Part shown: in pieces, positions 13,222 through 25,238 of the stretch
Position numbering within the stretch: the first letter of the stretch is position 1
Layout: every line of letters starts with the position of its first letter
Assembly (NCBI GenBank): GCA_025201805.1
Contig: MU619321.1
Coordinates: forward strand, 84,044-148,043
Origin: Parasitella parasitica NRRL 2501
Taxonomy: Eukaryota > Fungi > Mucoromycota
Direction: 5' to 3'
Length of the DNA stretch: 64,000 bases
Translations under genes and position numbers: made by a program
The notes under the pieces: model-generated
What the model was told of the DNA's origin: nothing
Databases searched by the model: none
What the model saw: the letters and a program-made list of their open reading frames with translations, nothing else

Positions 13222-13964
13222 ATGTCATACGATATTATAGCACCAGGAGAGAAAACACTTAATTATAACGATACCTCCGAAATGTAAACATATATACAAA
13301 ATAGCTTCATGTTAACATTTACCCAAACAACATTTATAGTAGTAGCAGCATCGAGTTGTCAAATAGCGAGCCATCAGCAACGGCAAGAAATCGTCGCATA
13401 TCCACTGCTCATATCGAATCCAGCAGTATTCTGCAAAACACTCAAGCAAAGTTTGCATATGATGAACTAGTGTCAGCCTGTGCGGATTATTTGGGTGCAT
13501 CCATAATCTTGGACGCTATTGTGATGCATTTCGCTGAATCCATCTTGGCTGTAGTTGGGTCACCTATGACATTAGATTCTGCCGAAGTCAAGCGCCGTTT
13601 GGAACAAGTGCTTCCAGCAAGTCATGAATATCGCCATCACAGAGGTATGACCATATCAGACGAAGATTGTACAGTCTTGTGTAGTCTCGCTGATCGAGTC
13701 ATTAATATGCCCATCGAACAAGAAAGCAATGTGAATATTGTGGATAGTGAGGATGAGCAATCGCAGCAGCAACGTCAACGATTTGAGCATAGTGATATTC
13801 AATACATCAGACATGATGCAACCAAATTCGAACAACCACTTCCCAAACACTTGCCTAACTTTGTTGACGCCAACCCTGACATTGGAGAAAAAGACAATAT
13901 TGAATATGATAAGGATATCACGCCGTATGATAGTGAAACTGATGATGATGGTCAAATGATTTAG
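13222..13964 (+). CDS. Hypothetical ~228-aa protein containing a stand-alone Brr2 N-terminal 'plug'-like helical domain and an acidic tail
   Basis: ATG at 13222; intron 13284-13339 joins in frame to ORF 13356-13964. Similarity to the Brr2 plug is by eye only (see findings). Confidence 0.6.
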
Positions 13965-14048
13965 CATAGTACGAGTAGTGGCTTATATACTCGTCATAAT
14001 CCGAAAAAAATAAAACAAACTAGCGTTTCTATATTTACAACTACAACT

Positions 14049-14543
14049 ATGAGCTGTTCTTCATGTGGAGGTTGCTTCACAGGAACTGGTTGCTCAACAG
14101 CCAAACTCTCAGCAAAAGAAGTGCTTGATGAATCAGTACGATTTCAGTCTTTATTAGATCTAGCAACAATGCAACAAGAGTCTATAGAAGATCATAAAGT
14201 GCATGATCATGTAATACCCACCATAATGTCTGAATTATCAAAAAATGTATATGCATCACAAATTGTACTTTTTCAAGCATACGATGAATTAGAGTTGGCA
14301 GAATTCTTATTTTTGGTCAAGTACTTGTATGCAACAAAAATTCTTGGTGTGCATATTGCTTGGGCAGCAGAGTATTGTAAAGGAGATTTAAGAAAACTGT
14401 TGAAAATTTTGTCAACTGGAGAGGAAGAAGAAAAATCACTGTTGTTCCAGCATTGCGATGACCAAGCCGAAATGCACGAAATGTTTGGTCAATTAACAAC
14501 AGGCTCTGTAGGGAGAATTAGTATTCATAACATGAAATTTTAA
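14049..14543 (+). CDS. Intronless hypothetical protein with an N-terminal CxxCxxC-x5-C cluster
   Basis: 164-aa ORF beginning MSCSSCGGCFTGTGC, with a plausible ATG context and protein-like composition. Confidence 0.7.
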   Translation: MSCSSCGGCFTGTGCSTAKLSAKEVLDESVRFQSLLDLATMQQESIEDHKVHDHVIPTIMSELSKNVYASQIVLFQAYDELELAEFLFLVKYLYATKILGVHIAWAAEYCKGDLRKLLKILSTGEEEEKSLLFQHCDDQAEMHEMFGQLTTGSVGRISIHNMKF

Positions 14544-14788
14544 TACATATACATAAATATGTTATACCAGTTTCACCGGTTCTCTTTGTGATGTTAAAAG
14601 TTGTAAAGTTTTCAAAAATGTCTGCTTCGTAATCCATTAAAAACCATAGAATTTGGTTATTGTGGCAATTTTTTGTGATGGTTGTTATTTTAAATGAATT
14701 ATCCAAATGTGAAAACAGAGCATAAGCATATCTATTTAATAACAACGGATTATAAATAAATGATGATTGTAAACCTTTTGTACTTTAC

Positions 14789-15587
14789 TGATCTGCCATA
14801 ATTTAAGGTAGGAAATCTGATGATGTACTTCAATTGAAAATTGGAGATTTTCCAATGATGTGTTGTTATACTTGAAGAAAGTCTCTGTTTCAAATCGAGA
14901 GGGTTATCTGTAACACAGATCTGTATGATTGACAAACAATAAAGTGCTGTCAGATCAAAGATCAATAGTCTTGTAGTATAATGATACATCGTGCCCTGTG
15001 AAGAACATGATATTGCTTGCAAATTACTCGAATCGATTAGTATTGACTACTAGTATTTTAAATAAATCACCAAAAATTTATTTAGTTGTTAAAAAATATA
15101 AATAGTAGATACAAAGTTGAATCTTTACTAAAGTAATCTCAAGTTTTCGTATCTCGTTAATTCAACGGGTTTTATTAATACTTTTCTTATTTTCAATCTT
15201 GCAGATCTCAACATTTACAAGCTCCTAAAATGTTGGATAAAAAAAAAGATCGAAATTGCATCTGCTATTTATACTATTTACAACTACATAAACTTACGGT
15301 GACTTATTTAGATTACTAATTGACAAGACTAATTCACAGTGACAATCTACTTGACAGGGTACGATGTAAGATTATACAACAAGGGCTACACATCTTTGAT
15401 CTGACAGTGCCTTAGCCTTTATCCTGGTGCTCAGATCTGTGTTACTCACAGGAATAACCTTCTTGATTTGAAACAGAGACTTTATTCTCCAATTTGCACA
15501 AGCGTATCACATCACATCATTGGACAATCTTCAATCTTAAATTGAAGTACATTGCCATGATCTCCTGTCTATAATTATGGCAGATCA
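14789..15587. repeat. Long diverged inverted repeat (arms 14789-14999 and 15354-15587); possible MITE/foldback relic
   Basis: The reverse complement of the left arm shares ordered blocks with the right arm: ACAGGG(C/T)ACGATGTA, ATCTTTGATCTGACAG, CAGATCTGTGTTAC, GATTTGAAACAGAGACTTT, CACATCATTGGA, AATTGAAGTACAT, AATTATGGCAGATCA. Confidence 0.85.
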
Positions 15588-16709
15588 ACATTTGTTCAAC
15601 ATATTTCTGTGGATGAATGAATCAATATTTATAAAACTATCAAAACGAATGTGAAGGCAATATAAAATACCATAATAATTTACTAAGATGCAAAACTAAT
15701 AATGTTACTGATTGACAAGAAGCGTCTTATTTATATATAATAAATAATCTACATGAATTAACCATAGAATACAATCAGATCATGTTTGGCATTTTATTGT
15801 CAAACAAGATTATTAACAACAAAACACAATAGTAGTCAGAGCAAGACCTACCTATATTTGATATTACCTAATCGTTATTTATCAAAGTCATTCATCGATA
15901 AGTCTAAGCTTCGTAATTTAGAACAGGTAGAACCCAATAGATGGTATCTTGTGTAAGACTCATTCTATTAATCACTTCTATTTTTTTATAGAATAACCGG
16001 TGAAATTTAGCCTTAGATTCGATCAGGAACGGTTATCATGACAACTGAGTTGAAATGGTGTTCATTCTATAGATACAACATACTTGCATACACATGTGCT
16101 TAGTAGCTACGAAAACAATAATTCCTACTTTGATAGATCATCATGGCTTGATCGTCGAATTTTTTTATTCCTCCTCTTATTTGCCTTGCAATAATAAACC
16201 TACATTATAATATTTTGGGAAAAACAAAAAAACAAGGCGATAAAACTCTATAATTGTAATAGCTTCTCAACGCTTTTTTTTTTATTGATCGAAAGTTATA
16301 AATGATGGAAAACTTATATTTTTGGACGATGCAAATAGCAATGCCCGTATTACGACTTCATTCGACAAGAATGTTTAACCAGCATATCTACTTGGATAAA
16401 ACCAATAAAGGCTTCGTTTTAATGAAAAAGTGAACGTGCCCTAAAGAGTAGGTTACCTTCAACTTGACTTAAAAGCTACTGACCAAAGTTTCGAAGAGGT
16501 TATTTCAGTATACGAAAGGATCATATTGCTTTGTCGAACACAGTTTTTGATTTAACTTTTATTTGTCGAAAGCCACCGGATTTTTGGTCACAGAGCAACA
16601 ATGCTTTTTTTGTGTTGATCACAAAGTCAAGTGAGTATTATAAAGAGAGGAAAAATTTCCTTCCTTTCCTTCCTTTTTTTATTATCAAACAAATTCTCAA
16701 ACAAAAAAC

Positions 16710-17300
16710 ATGAGTGATAATGAGCGCACAGGGCCTAATGGTGATGATGAGCTCTCACTTCCTAAAGGTAAATCAGTTACAAATCAGTGGCGTGATAGTA
16801 TAATAATATTCCTTGATGCTTGTAGCTACTGTTCAAAAGTTAATAAATGAAATGATGCCAGATGATATTGTGTGCGCAAAAGATACACGCGATCTTTTAA
16901 TTGATTGTTGTGTTGGTAATTGTTTGGATCATTGGAGCTTCTGAATTAGGTTTACTAATACGTCGTAGAATTTATCCATTTAATTGCTTCTGAAGCAAAT
17001 GAAATTTGCGAAAAAGAAACTAAGAAGACAATTGCAGGCGAGCATGTTGTAGCAGCATTACAAGGGCTAGGCTTTGAAGAATACGTCGAAGAGGTGGATG
17101 ATGTATTCAAAGAACACAAGAAACAACAAAAGGTATTTTTGGGATGCTACATAACAAGTGAATTAACGGACCACATATAGGACCGAGATAAGAAGAGTAC
17201 AAGATTAGAAAACACTGGAATTTCAGAAGAAGAGTTACTACGACAACAAGAACTACTCTTTGCTCAATCACGTTTAAAATTCGAGGCTCAACAACAGTAA
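16710..17300 (+). CDS. NCB2: Negative cofactor 2 beta subunit (Dr1/NC2beta, histone fold)
   Basis: Spliced reading gives DDELSLPKATVQKLINEMMPDDIVCAKDTRDLLIDCCVEFIHLIASEANEICEKETKKTIAGEHV; three introns; not in the ORF track because the exons are short. Confidence 0.93.
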
Positions 17301-17570
17301 TTCATAATACACTCATTTACCTTTTTGTACAGTTCCATCTACTAAACGATTCAAAACACATCTTCCAAAACTTCCTTTTTTCATGAAATCTGTGTTAATA
17401 AAGTTTCCTCTATACTACATCGAATCAATCACAAACCGAGAAAGCGCATCTTCCGAATTCGCGCGCAGAGCGCGGCCGAGCCCAACTGTCAGCCATATAT
17501 AAATTTATATAAAGAATAAGGTGAAATATATATATATATTTTTCTTTCTTTCTTTCTCTTTAAACTGCAC

Positions 17571-18535
17571 ATGTTACGCACAACAACAACTTTACTAAGG
17601 AAACCCGGCATTCTACGATGTTACTCTACAAATCCTATTCCATTCGATGAAAACCCATTTCCGTTCTCTCGATTTGAACCATGTTGTCCTGATACCGAAG
17701 CAAAACAAGCTGAAAATGGGTATATACCTTGCAAAAGCCATCCTTTTCCAAAAGTGCTAGGAAGAAAGATTGATATGACAGACCCCATGACGAGGCCTGC
17801 TGGCATCCGACATTTGGTAGGATGTGTTGGAGCTGATGCAATGGAATGGACCCGTGCTAAAGTTGAAGCAATCCCTGGAATTATGCAATCGCTAATGACA
17901 ACTGAAAATCAATGGCTCAAAGAAAACCGACCTCAAGTTCCCAGTGATAAAGTTGTCATGGCAACCGTTGCTGAGAGACCTGGAAAATGCCACAGACCCG
18001 ATGTAATGTTGTTTCCAGAATTCAAAATTTTTCAAGATATATCTTCAACAGATGGTGTGATTGATAGCGAGTCTCCATTGTACAATGCATTGAAATCGAT
18101 ATGGCAAAATCCTTACGTTTCGTTACCTCCACAGAAAGAATGGCTGGATATTGAGGCAGATACCGTCGTTTTTGTTTGCACACATGCTCGTCGAGATTTA
18201 AGATGTGGAAAATTGGGACCATTAATTGTGAATGAATTCAATCGGGTGATTCAAGAAAAGCAATTGCAAGGTAAAGTAGAAGTATGGGGTACAAGTCACT
18301 TTGGAGGTAAGGTCCAATGCATCTGTTGCAAGCGAGGGATATATACATTGATACTCTCAATTTGATAGGCCATAAATTTGCAGGTAATATTATCATTCAC
18401 CAGCGAGGTCTAGGCGGCCATATTTATGGCAATGTTAGACAATGCCATGTTTCGGCCATTGTAGACAGACATATTATACATGGAAAAGTGATTCAGGAAA
18501 TTTGGCGAGGGCAAGTTACTCCTCCATCCATCTAA
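17571..18535 (+). CDS. Sucrase/ferredoxin-like (Aim32/Apd1 family) 2Fe-2S protein, probably mitochondrial
   Basis: VFVCTHARRDLRCGKLGP and TSHFGG|HKFAGNII (Cys2/His2 ligand motif); Arg/Thr-rich presequence; one intron at about 18308-18368. Confidence 0.88.
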
Positions 18536-18643
18536 TCCATGAATATATCACGTGTACTTTAATGAAAATAAATAAACCCTTTTTGTTCTTCCAATTCTCT
18601 TTTTTTTTTTTCCTCTTTTTTCAAATTTAGTACATGCATCAAC

Positions 18644-20415
18644 ATGGTATCCATACATCAAGAAAAACCACAACGACAGCAAAAAGATATTGCTCGCCTT
18701 TACACTACTCTACAAGCACTTGGCGACAGCAATGTGAATCCCGAAGCAAAATTTATTCCACTTCCACCTTCTCTTCCAATTTCACCTAGCCCATCTTCTC
18801 CTATCATAACCAACAAATCAAAACACTCTTCACTCCAACAACACCAAACAGATACCGATATTGAAAAAACTGATATTTCTGATTGCCCATGCCAGCATAT
18901 ATTAAGACAAGATGATATCACCATGTGTTCACTTTGTAACAACCCTATTCCAATCATACAAGAGCTTTTAACGGAGAAAGTTCAGTACGAGAAGGAAATC
19001 GAATCTCTACAAGAGCAGCTGCACATCGAACAAAGGAACATTGAAGAGCAGTTAATCAAAATAGGTCAACTAAATACCCGTATAGAACAAGTGATGAGTG
19101 AACTCGATGGTCAAACTGCCAACTTTCAATCGTTACAAAACGACATGGAGATACTTAATGATAAATACGTAGATGAAATTGAGCGAGTAGCAGAAATACA
19201 GCACTCAAAAGACATGGTGGAGAGCGAATTAGAAGATTTATCAAGAAGGTTATTTGAAGAAGCAAATGGCATGGTTGCAAATGAAAAACGTGAAAAATAT
19301 AATTTGGAAATAGCTCAAAAACACTTGGAGAATCAGTTACAGGAGACAAGAGATCGTTTAGGAGCTGAACAGATGCAATTGAAGGAATTGAGGAAACGCA
19401 TGGAGGATATGATGGAAGTCGAAAAGTCAGATATGGTAGTGCCTAAAACACCGGATCACGTCAAGGACATTACAAGTCTTTTGGCTGAACGTATGACTCT
19501 GCACGAGCAAAAAAATGCACATATCGACGCTATGATGTTGGATGAATTTCAAGGGTTCGTAAAGACTGGTACTGCTGTCAGTCTAAAGAAAATCCACACG
19601 ATACCTTTCATGAAAAGTTGCCAAGACGAAGATGTTGAAGCTTGTTTGAGATTTGGTCCAAACAGTAGATTATCGGCGCGGAAGATGAATGAAGCGATTG
19701 TCTTGAACACTTGTTTTATTGAGGAATCCCCTCAGGGGTTTGCTGAAGAGCAAGCTAAACGTGCTATTGGTGAGCTACCACTCAAAATCTCGGGTGCCAA
19801 ATCGTTGATGTGGGAGAGATTTAGTAGTAATAATCAAGCGACCGTATTCAGTGGTTGTCAGGCCTGTGGAAGGAATGATGGAACCGCTTTACCTTACCGA
19901 TTTAGGATATCTTATTTCGATGATTGGGCTTGTATTGATCGTTTTTGTCGAGATCGCTTGGTGGCTGTTTGCGAGTTTTATGTCTTGATTCGTAATATCA
20001 GGCAGGGATTATACAACAATAGAAGTATCTCTGATTTATATCATGAAGCTATGCGTTTGAGATTACAAATGTTCTATGCAAGGTAAATTTTATTGTTATA
20101 AAACAGTGCTTCCTCTCTTTAACAAATCATAATAGAATGGGTGCATTGCCTTGGACCCTGAGAACATCAGGTGTTGCAGAACAACAACCTAAAGTGGTCG
20201 CATCCGAATCGTCTCCCTTACCCAAATCAATAAAAAATGCTACAAATGAACAGGAAACACGCAGAGGAAGTCTGAATGAGATTCATAATACTACAACAAC
20301 CCCCAACACTGCTTCTACTTCAACGGCCGAAAAAGCTGATCAACAACTTGAACTTCCATCACTAGCACCGCAGAATGAAGACATCATCACTGGTCAGATC
20401 ACTACAAATCTTTGA
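18644..20415 (+). CDS. SEC2: Sec2/Rabin8-family Rab guanine-nucleotide exchange factor
   Basis: Coiled coil with ESELEDLSRRLFEEANGMVA; C-terminal EDVEACLRF and CRDRLVAVCEFY..IRNIRQG...LRLQMFYAR|MG motifs. Confidence 0.88.
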
Positions 20416-20591
20416 GTAGCGCCTCTTGGTATTGTCAATGGTGAGTTATTATTACGCACATTGAAGTATCCTCAAAGAACGAAGAAATAAGTGGGATGTT
20501 CATAAATATCTGTTTAATTAGCGCTATTGAAAAACACAAACCAGTAGTCATTGATTAAACAAGTTGTTGAGTAAAAGATAATATCTTCCTA

Positions 20592-20625
<34 letters not shown>

Positions 20626-20627
20626 AA

Positions 20628-20661
<34 letters not shown>

Positions 20662-21838
20662 TAATATCTTTTTAGATATGTGTTTATCGTATCCTGCAAT
20701 TGAAGTGGACATTGTGATACAACTTTTCATATGCCATGCAAATGTATCATCTACTTTGAAACCATTCAACATCTCTTTAAACCATGATATGTGATATGAT
20801 TCTTACGTTTGCATTGTATCAAATGTATAGCGATCATCTTACTTGTTTAGAGTGAAATGTTATCAGATACAGCTCCTCAATGAGCCCCCCCCCATTGATC
20901 TCAAATTTAAAAGTTTTTAGCCTTTGTTTTTATCATTCTTCTTATATACCATTGGCAATCCCTGATATAATTGTTTTTCGCCTTGGCATATGTGAAGAAA
21001 ATGTAAAAACTAAAGTTTAATGAAATATATGATTTGCCTGTTATTAGGGTGTGTGTGGGTGGATGGGGGGGGGGGAGGGAGGACGAGGAGGAGGAGGAGG
21101 AGGAGGAGGAGGAGGAAAGAAAGTCTATCAGAAATACGATCCTGTAGGCCAAAGACGCAGTGATTGAGCAGAGACTGAAGGGGACTTGAAGAGGATGCTC
21201 CAGGAAAATACATGGTGCTCTGGGGGAACAAACCTCTATTAAAAGATAAAAGTTTAGATAAAGTATTTAATTACTTGAGCAACGAAAATACCAAAGAGCA
21301 AGCCAAGAGCATCATTGTGCAGTGAAGGAGGTGCTTGATATACAAACTAACAGGGAGATGTCTCTCCTCAAATTGCTGCTAATCATGTTCTGATATACCA
21401 AGTAGAATTAGCAGGAAAGGCTGTTTATCATAACAAGAAAACAAATTTGTGTAATCAAAAGGCATCTATTTCTGTAGATGGACTTTGATCTATGCGTCGC
21501 TCAGCGGAAATAAAGTGTATATCATAGAGCCCTGATCAAAGCCGTATCAGACAAGCATAAAAACGCAAGACTTGTTCTGTAAGCTGGTGTTTTTTTTGAA
21601 GCCAGCTGTCTATGTATTATAGGCCATGTATTGGGAAATGGTATGTACCGGATGAGCTTGACTCCAGGGTATGATATTTATGCATGATTGATCTTGAATA
21701 ATAAGTAGTGCATATAACGTGTGCATTGGGAACGTGTGTCGGGCCGACAGAAAATTTTTGCCTACAACTTTTGATTACAGTCTCCGTGAAGTATGGCAAC
21801 CCTTTCTTATATACACAGCTTTTTGTCTTTTGCAAACC

Positions 21839-23260
21839 ATGGCTTGGGGAGGAAATGATGGCGCTGTGGACCGTTGGGTCAAGCAGCTTGAAGAAAACGA
21901 TAGAAAACTCGTTTCATTACACATTCTTAGCTTCCGTCGAATTTCCACAGTCGAGCTTGGCCGCATTTTCGATGCAATTAGCACCAACACAGTATTGCAA
22001 GATCTTTATGTTTCTGGCCATGCTCTCGATACAGCCTGCATGGATAAATTAAGCGAAGCATTGACATTAAACAATACGTTGCGCACACTCAACTTGGGGG
22101 ACGCCAGTTTCGGGCTCAATGCAAATGTTTTTCGCTTGTTCTGTGAAGGCCTTGCTGCCAATGAAGGTTTGCAAAAGTTGGATTTGGAAAATAAGGGGCT
22201 CAGACATGCAACCATTTGTCTGCTAGCTGAGGCACTGAAAAAAAACAAGTACCTTGAAGCGTTAAATGCATCGAGAAATGACTTGGATGACAAGGCTGTT
22301 GAAATTTTGGCGCCTTGTCTGACAAACCTGAAAAAGGTCAATTTGGCAATCAACAATATCGGTACTGCTGGTGCCGAGACCATTGCAAAGGAAGTGTTGG
22401 GTCCTCAGAGCCACGTTGAAGAATTGGAATTATCTGATAATCCGCTACTGGAAGGCGCAAGTGTGTTGGCATCTGCGTTGAAGAACAACCATCAATTGCG
22501 CGTACTCAAGATGGTTGATGTGGTTAGTAAAGAGCAAGATTTAAGTAGTCTGCCCCCTCCAGCTTTGGGTAGTACTGATCAAGGCGGTAACGTGGACGAC
22601 GAAGAAGAACAGAAAAAGAAAAGGAACTCTGATAAAACCCGTACTTTACATGGCAACGAATTGGCCCATTCTATCGGTCAGGCGTTAGACACAAACACTA
22701 CTTTAACCTGTCTCTGGTTGGATAACAATGCTATTGAATCTAGCGCACTAGATCATCTCGCCACCAACTTGGGCAAATGTGGTCTTTTGGAGCTTAAATT
22801 GCGTCAAAACCGCCTTGAAGATGAGGCAGCGTTGTTATTAGCAAATGCAATCGATGGATTACAATATTTGGAACTGGGCGAAAACAGAATCAGTGCTAAG
22901 GGATTTGGCCTTTTGTTAGACACCAAATTGGATTATTTGGGACTATTTAGCAATACTGTGGGTGGATTCGGGTCAGATCCAAGCCTGCTGCCACAGTTAC
23001 TCTCGAGTAAGATAAGTCGATTGGACATTGGGTGTAACGGTATTATCCATCAAGATGTGGAAGCTATGGTGCAAGTCTTGATAAATAAGGGGGTACCTGA
23101 ACTAAGGCTTCTTGAAATGGGAGGAAATGTCGAAGATAAGGAAGTTGAGCAATGGGAAAGCACCCTGAATAGGCTTTTGTCCGAGAGAGACAAGGTGGAG
23201 GTTATTTGGAAGAGAAAGCCTAGTGAAATGGATGCTTCTCGTCCACCACCAATGCTGTAA
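21839..23260 (+). CDS. RNI-like leucine-rich repeat protein (intronless)
   Basis: Repeated LxxLxLxxNxI/LxxxGA..LA units (LQKLDLENK, LEALNASRNDL, LTCLWLDNNAI, LELKLRQNRL); probable ATG at 21839 (MAWGGNDG). Confidence 0.85.
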   Translation: MAWGGNDGAVDRWVKQLEENDRKLVSLHILSFRRISTVELGRIFDAISTNTVLQDLYVSGHALDTACMDKLSEALTLNNTLRTLNLGDASFGLNANVFRLFCEGLAANEGLQKLDLENKGLRHATICLLAEALKKNKYLEALNASRNDLDDKAVEILAPCLTNLKKVNLAINNIGTAGAETIAKEVLGPQSHVEELELSDNPLLEGASVLASALKNNHQLRVLKMVDVVSKEQDLSSLPPPALGSTDQGGNVDDEEEQKKKRNSDKTRTLHGNELAHSIGQALDTNTTLTCLWLDNNAIESSALDHLATNLGKCGLLELKLRQNRLEDEAALLLANAIDGLQYLELGENRISAKGFGLLLDTKLDYLGLFSNTVGGFGSDPSLLPQLLSSKISRLDIGCNGIIHQDVEAMVQVLINKGVPELRLLEMGGNVEDKEVEQWESTLNRLLSERDKVEVIWKRKPSEMDASRPPPML

Positions 23261-23544
23261 CTATAGTCTTTTTCAAACTATATAGTCTTATCATTTGTTT
23301 GTTACCTTTTATAGTAGTAGTGTATGGCAGTTATCCTCCTTGGTGTTTGATTTAATTGAATAAAGCTGCATGATTTGGGCTATCTCGTTGTTGCTGGCTA
23401 ATCTATTTTGTGCAGCAGCCTCTCTGGGTTATCAGTTGGAAATGCTTTGTATAGCAAATGCAGAAAACAACAGTCGTTTTCCGAATACAAAAAAGAGCGT
23501 TTTCTTTTTTTCTTTTTTCATAATACAAGAATCAAAAAATTCTC

Positions 23545-25192
23545 ATGCGATTCATCAAAATATCGTTTCATCGATTTAGACAATATTTTACGCTACATGA
23601 GGTACGTGTGTTGTAAATACTTCAATTGCAAGGAGCTACAATATGCTAGCATTGATCAGATATCTGGCAGCTTGGGTGATTTAGGCACGCTTTTACCTAT
23701 CATGATGTCCTTGGCCATCTCGGGCCAAATCAATCTGACAAGCACACTTTGGTTTACTGGGATTTGGAACATTCTGTCAGGCTTCATGTTCCAGGTACCC
23801 GTATGCGTTCAGCCGATGAAAGGTAGATGTATACAAGTAGATCTTATGTATAAAAAAAAAATAATCTCTATTTACACGCACATAGCCATTGCGGCTGTCG
23901 TTTTGACAAAAAACATGCCCATCCAAGAAAACATGGCTGCTGGCCTCAGTGTGGCTGTACTTATTACATTTCTCGGCATAACTCGTACAATCCACCTAGT
24001 AGGTACCTTCACCCCTCCAGCAATTGTTAAAGGTATTTATATGTAAAGATTCATCATCATATGGTCTCATCTTGTGACACCTAATGTACAACATGTAGGA
24101 CTGCAGCTAGGCACAGCAGTGCAATTGATCATCAAGGCGCACAATCTCATTCCCAAACTGCAATGGAAAATAACAGCAGAAAACTGGTCTGATAACAACA
24201 CTTGGGTTCTCTTGAGCTTCCTGTTTGTAGTAGCTTGTTACCGAACAAAAATCCCTTCTGCCCTGGTCCTGTTCCTGATTGGGTTGATTTTTGCTCTCGT
24301 CTTGATGTTTGCAGAAAGACGAAATGTCCCACATCCTAGTGTAGGCGGAGGCCATTATCCAGACACCATCATCGTACCTACGCCCGAGCAATTCAAAAAC
24401 GGCTTTTTAAACGCTGGCTTGGGTCAACTGCCACTTACCGCTTTGAACTCTGTCGTTGCGCTATGTGCTCTTATCGACGAACTGTTTCCAAACTATCACG
24501 CTAGAACTTCTCACGTAGCCGTGAGTGTGGGGATCATGAATCTAATCGGTTGTTGGTTTGGTGCAATGCCTGTTTGTCATGGCTCTGGTGGTCTTGCTGG
24601 TCAGTACCGCTTCGGCGCTCGTTCGGAGGTCTCTGTCATCCTGTTGGGTGCTTCCAAGCTAATGCTGGGTATCTTGTTTGGTGGTTCATTGGTTGGCTTG
24701 CTGCAAGTCTTTCCAACATCAATCTTGGCCGTCATGTTGTTCATCTCGGGTATTGAGTTGGGCTGTGCCGCTAGATCCGTCAATGATCTGGCAGATGATG
24801 ACTATAGAAAGAGAGAGAACTTTACGATAATGCTTTTGACTGCTGGTTCTTTGATTGCTTACTCAAATGATGGTATTGGGTTTTGTGTCGGTCTTGTGTC
24901 GGCAACACTATTATCTATGCAACGCTTAGGCTTGAGAGACTGGTTCAAACACACTTCGGAGGGATTCAAGTCTGTGCCACGAGTATGGAGGGATCAAAAT
25001 TTTGCATCACTCACTTTGCCGGTTGCCAATACAGCAGTAGAAAATAACCAGAGTGGAGAAGAAAGAATTATCATAGTCAGCGACGCAAGTAAGCCTCATA
25101 ACTACAATGCCCAACTAAAATCTTTTGCTACTACTACTACTACTACTACTACTAGCACAAATGCCACCACTGATGATCATGTCAAAAAATAA
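23545..25192 (+). CDS. Molybdate transporter, MOT1 family
   Basis: ISGSLGDLGTLLPI, VPVCVQPMKAIAAV, GQLPLTALNSV, MPVCHGSGGLAGQYRFGARS; exon 1 23545-23601; three introns. Confidence 0.9.
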
Positions 25193-25238
25193 TATACCAA
25201 TTTCCATAATATAATAAAGCGGTTTTAATATGTGCATA

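Noticed and set aside
13600-13710. Resemblance of GMTISDEDC..LADRVI to the Nop56/58 (NOSIC) motif
   Set aside because: Only a short local similarity. The Brr2-plug alignment explains about 90 residues, and no Nop C-terminal domain follows.
20591-20660. Interrupted poly(A) and the poly-Phe ORF 20548-20772
   Set aside because: Low-complexity homopolymer with no TSD or associated element; the ORF is spurious.
21050-21250. G-run and (GGA)n repeat with poly-Ser/poly-Leu ORFs
   Set aside because: Simple microsatellite; the adjacent sequence has no recognisable domain.
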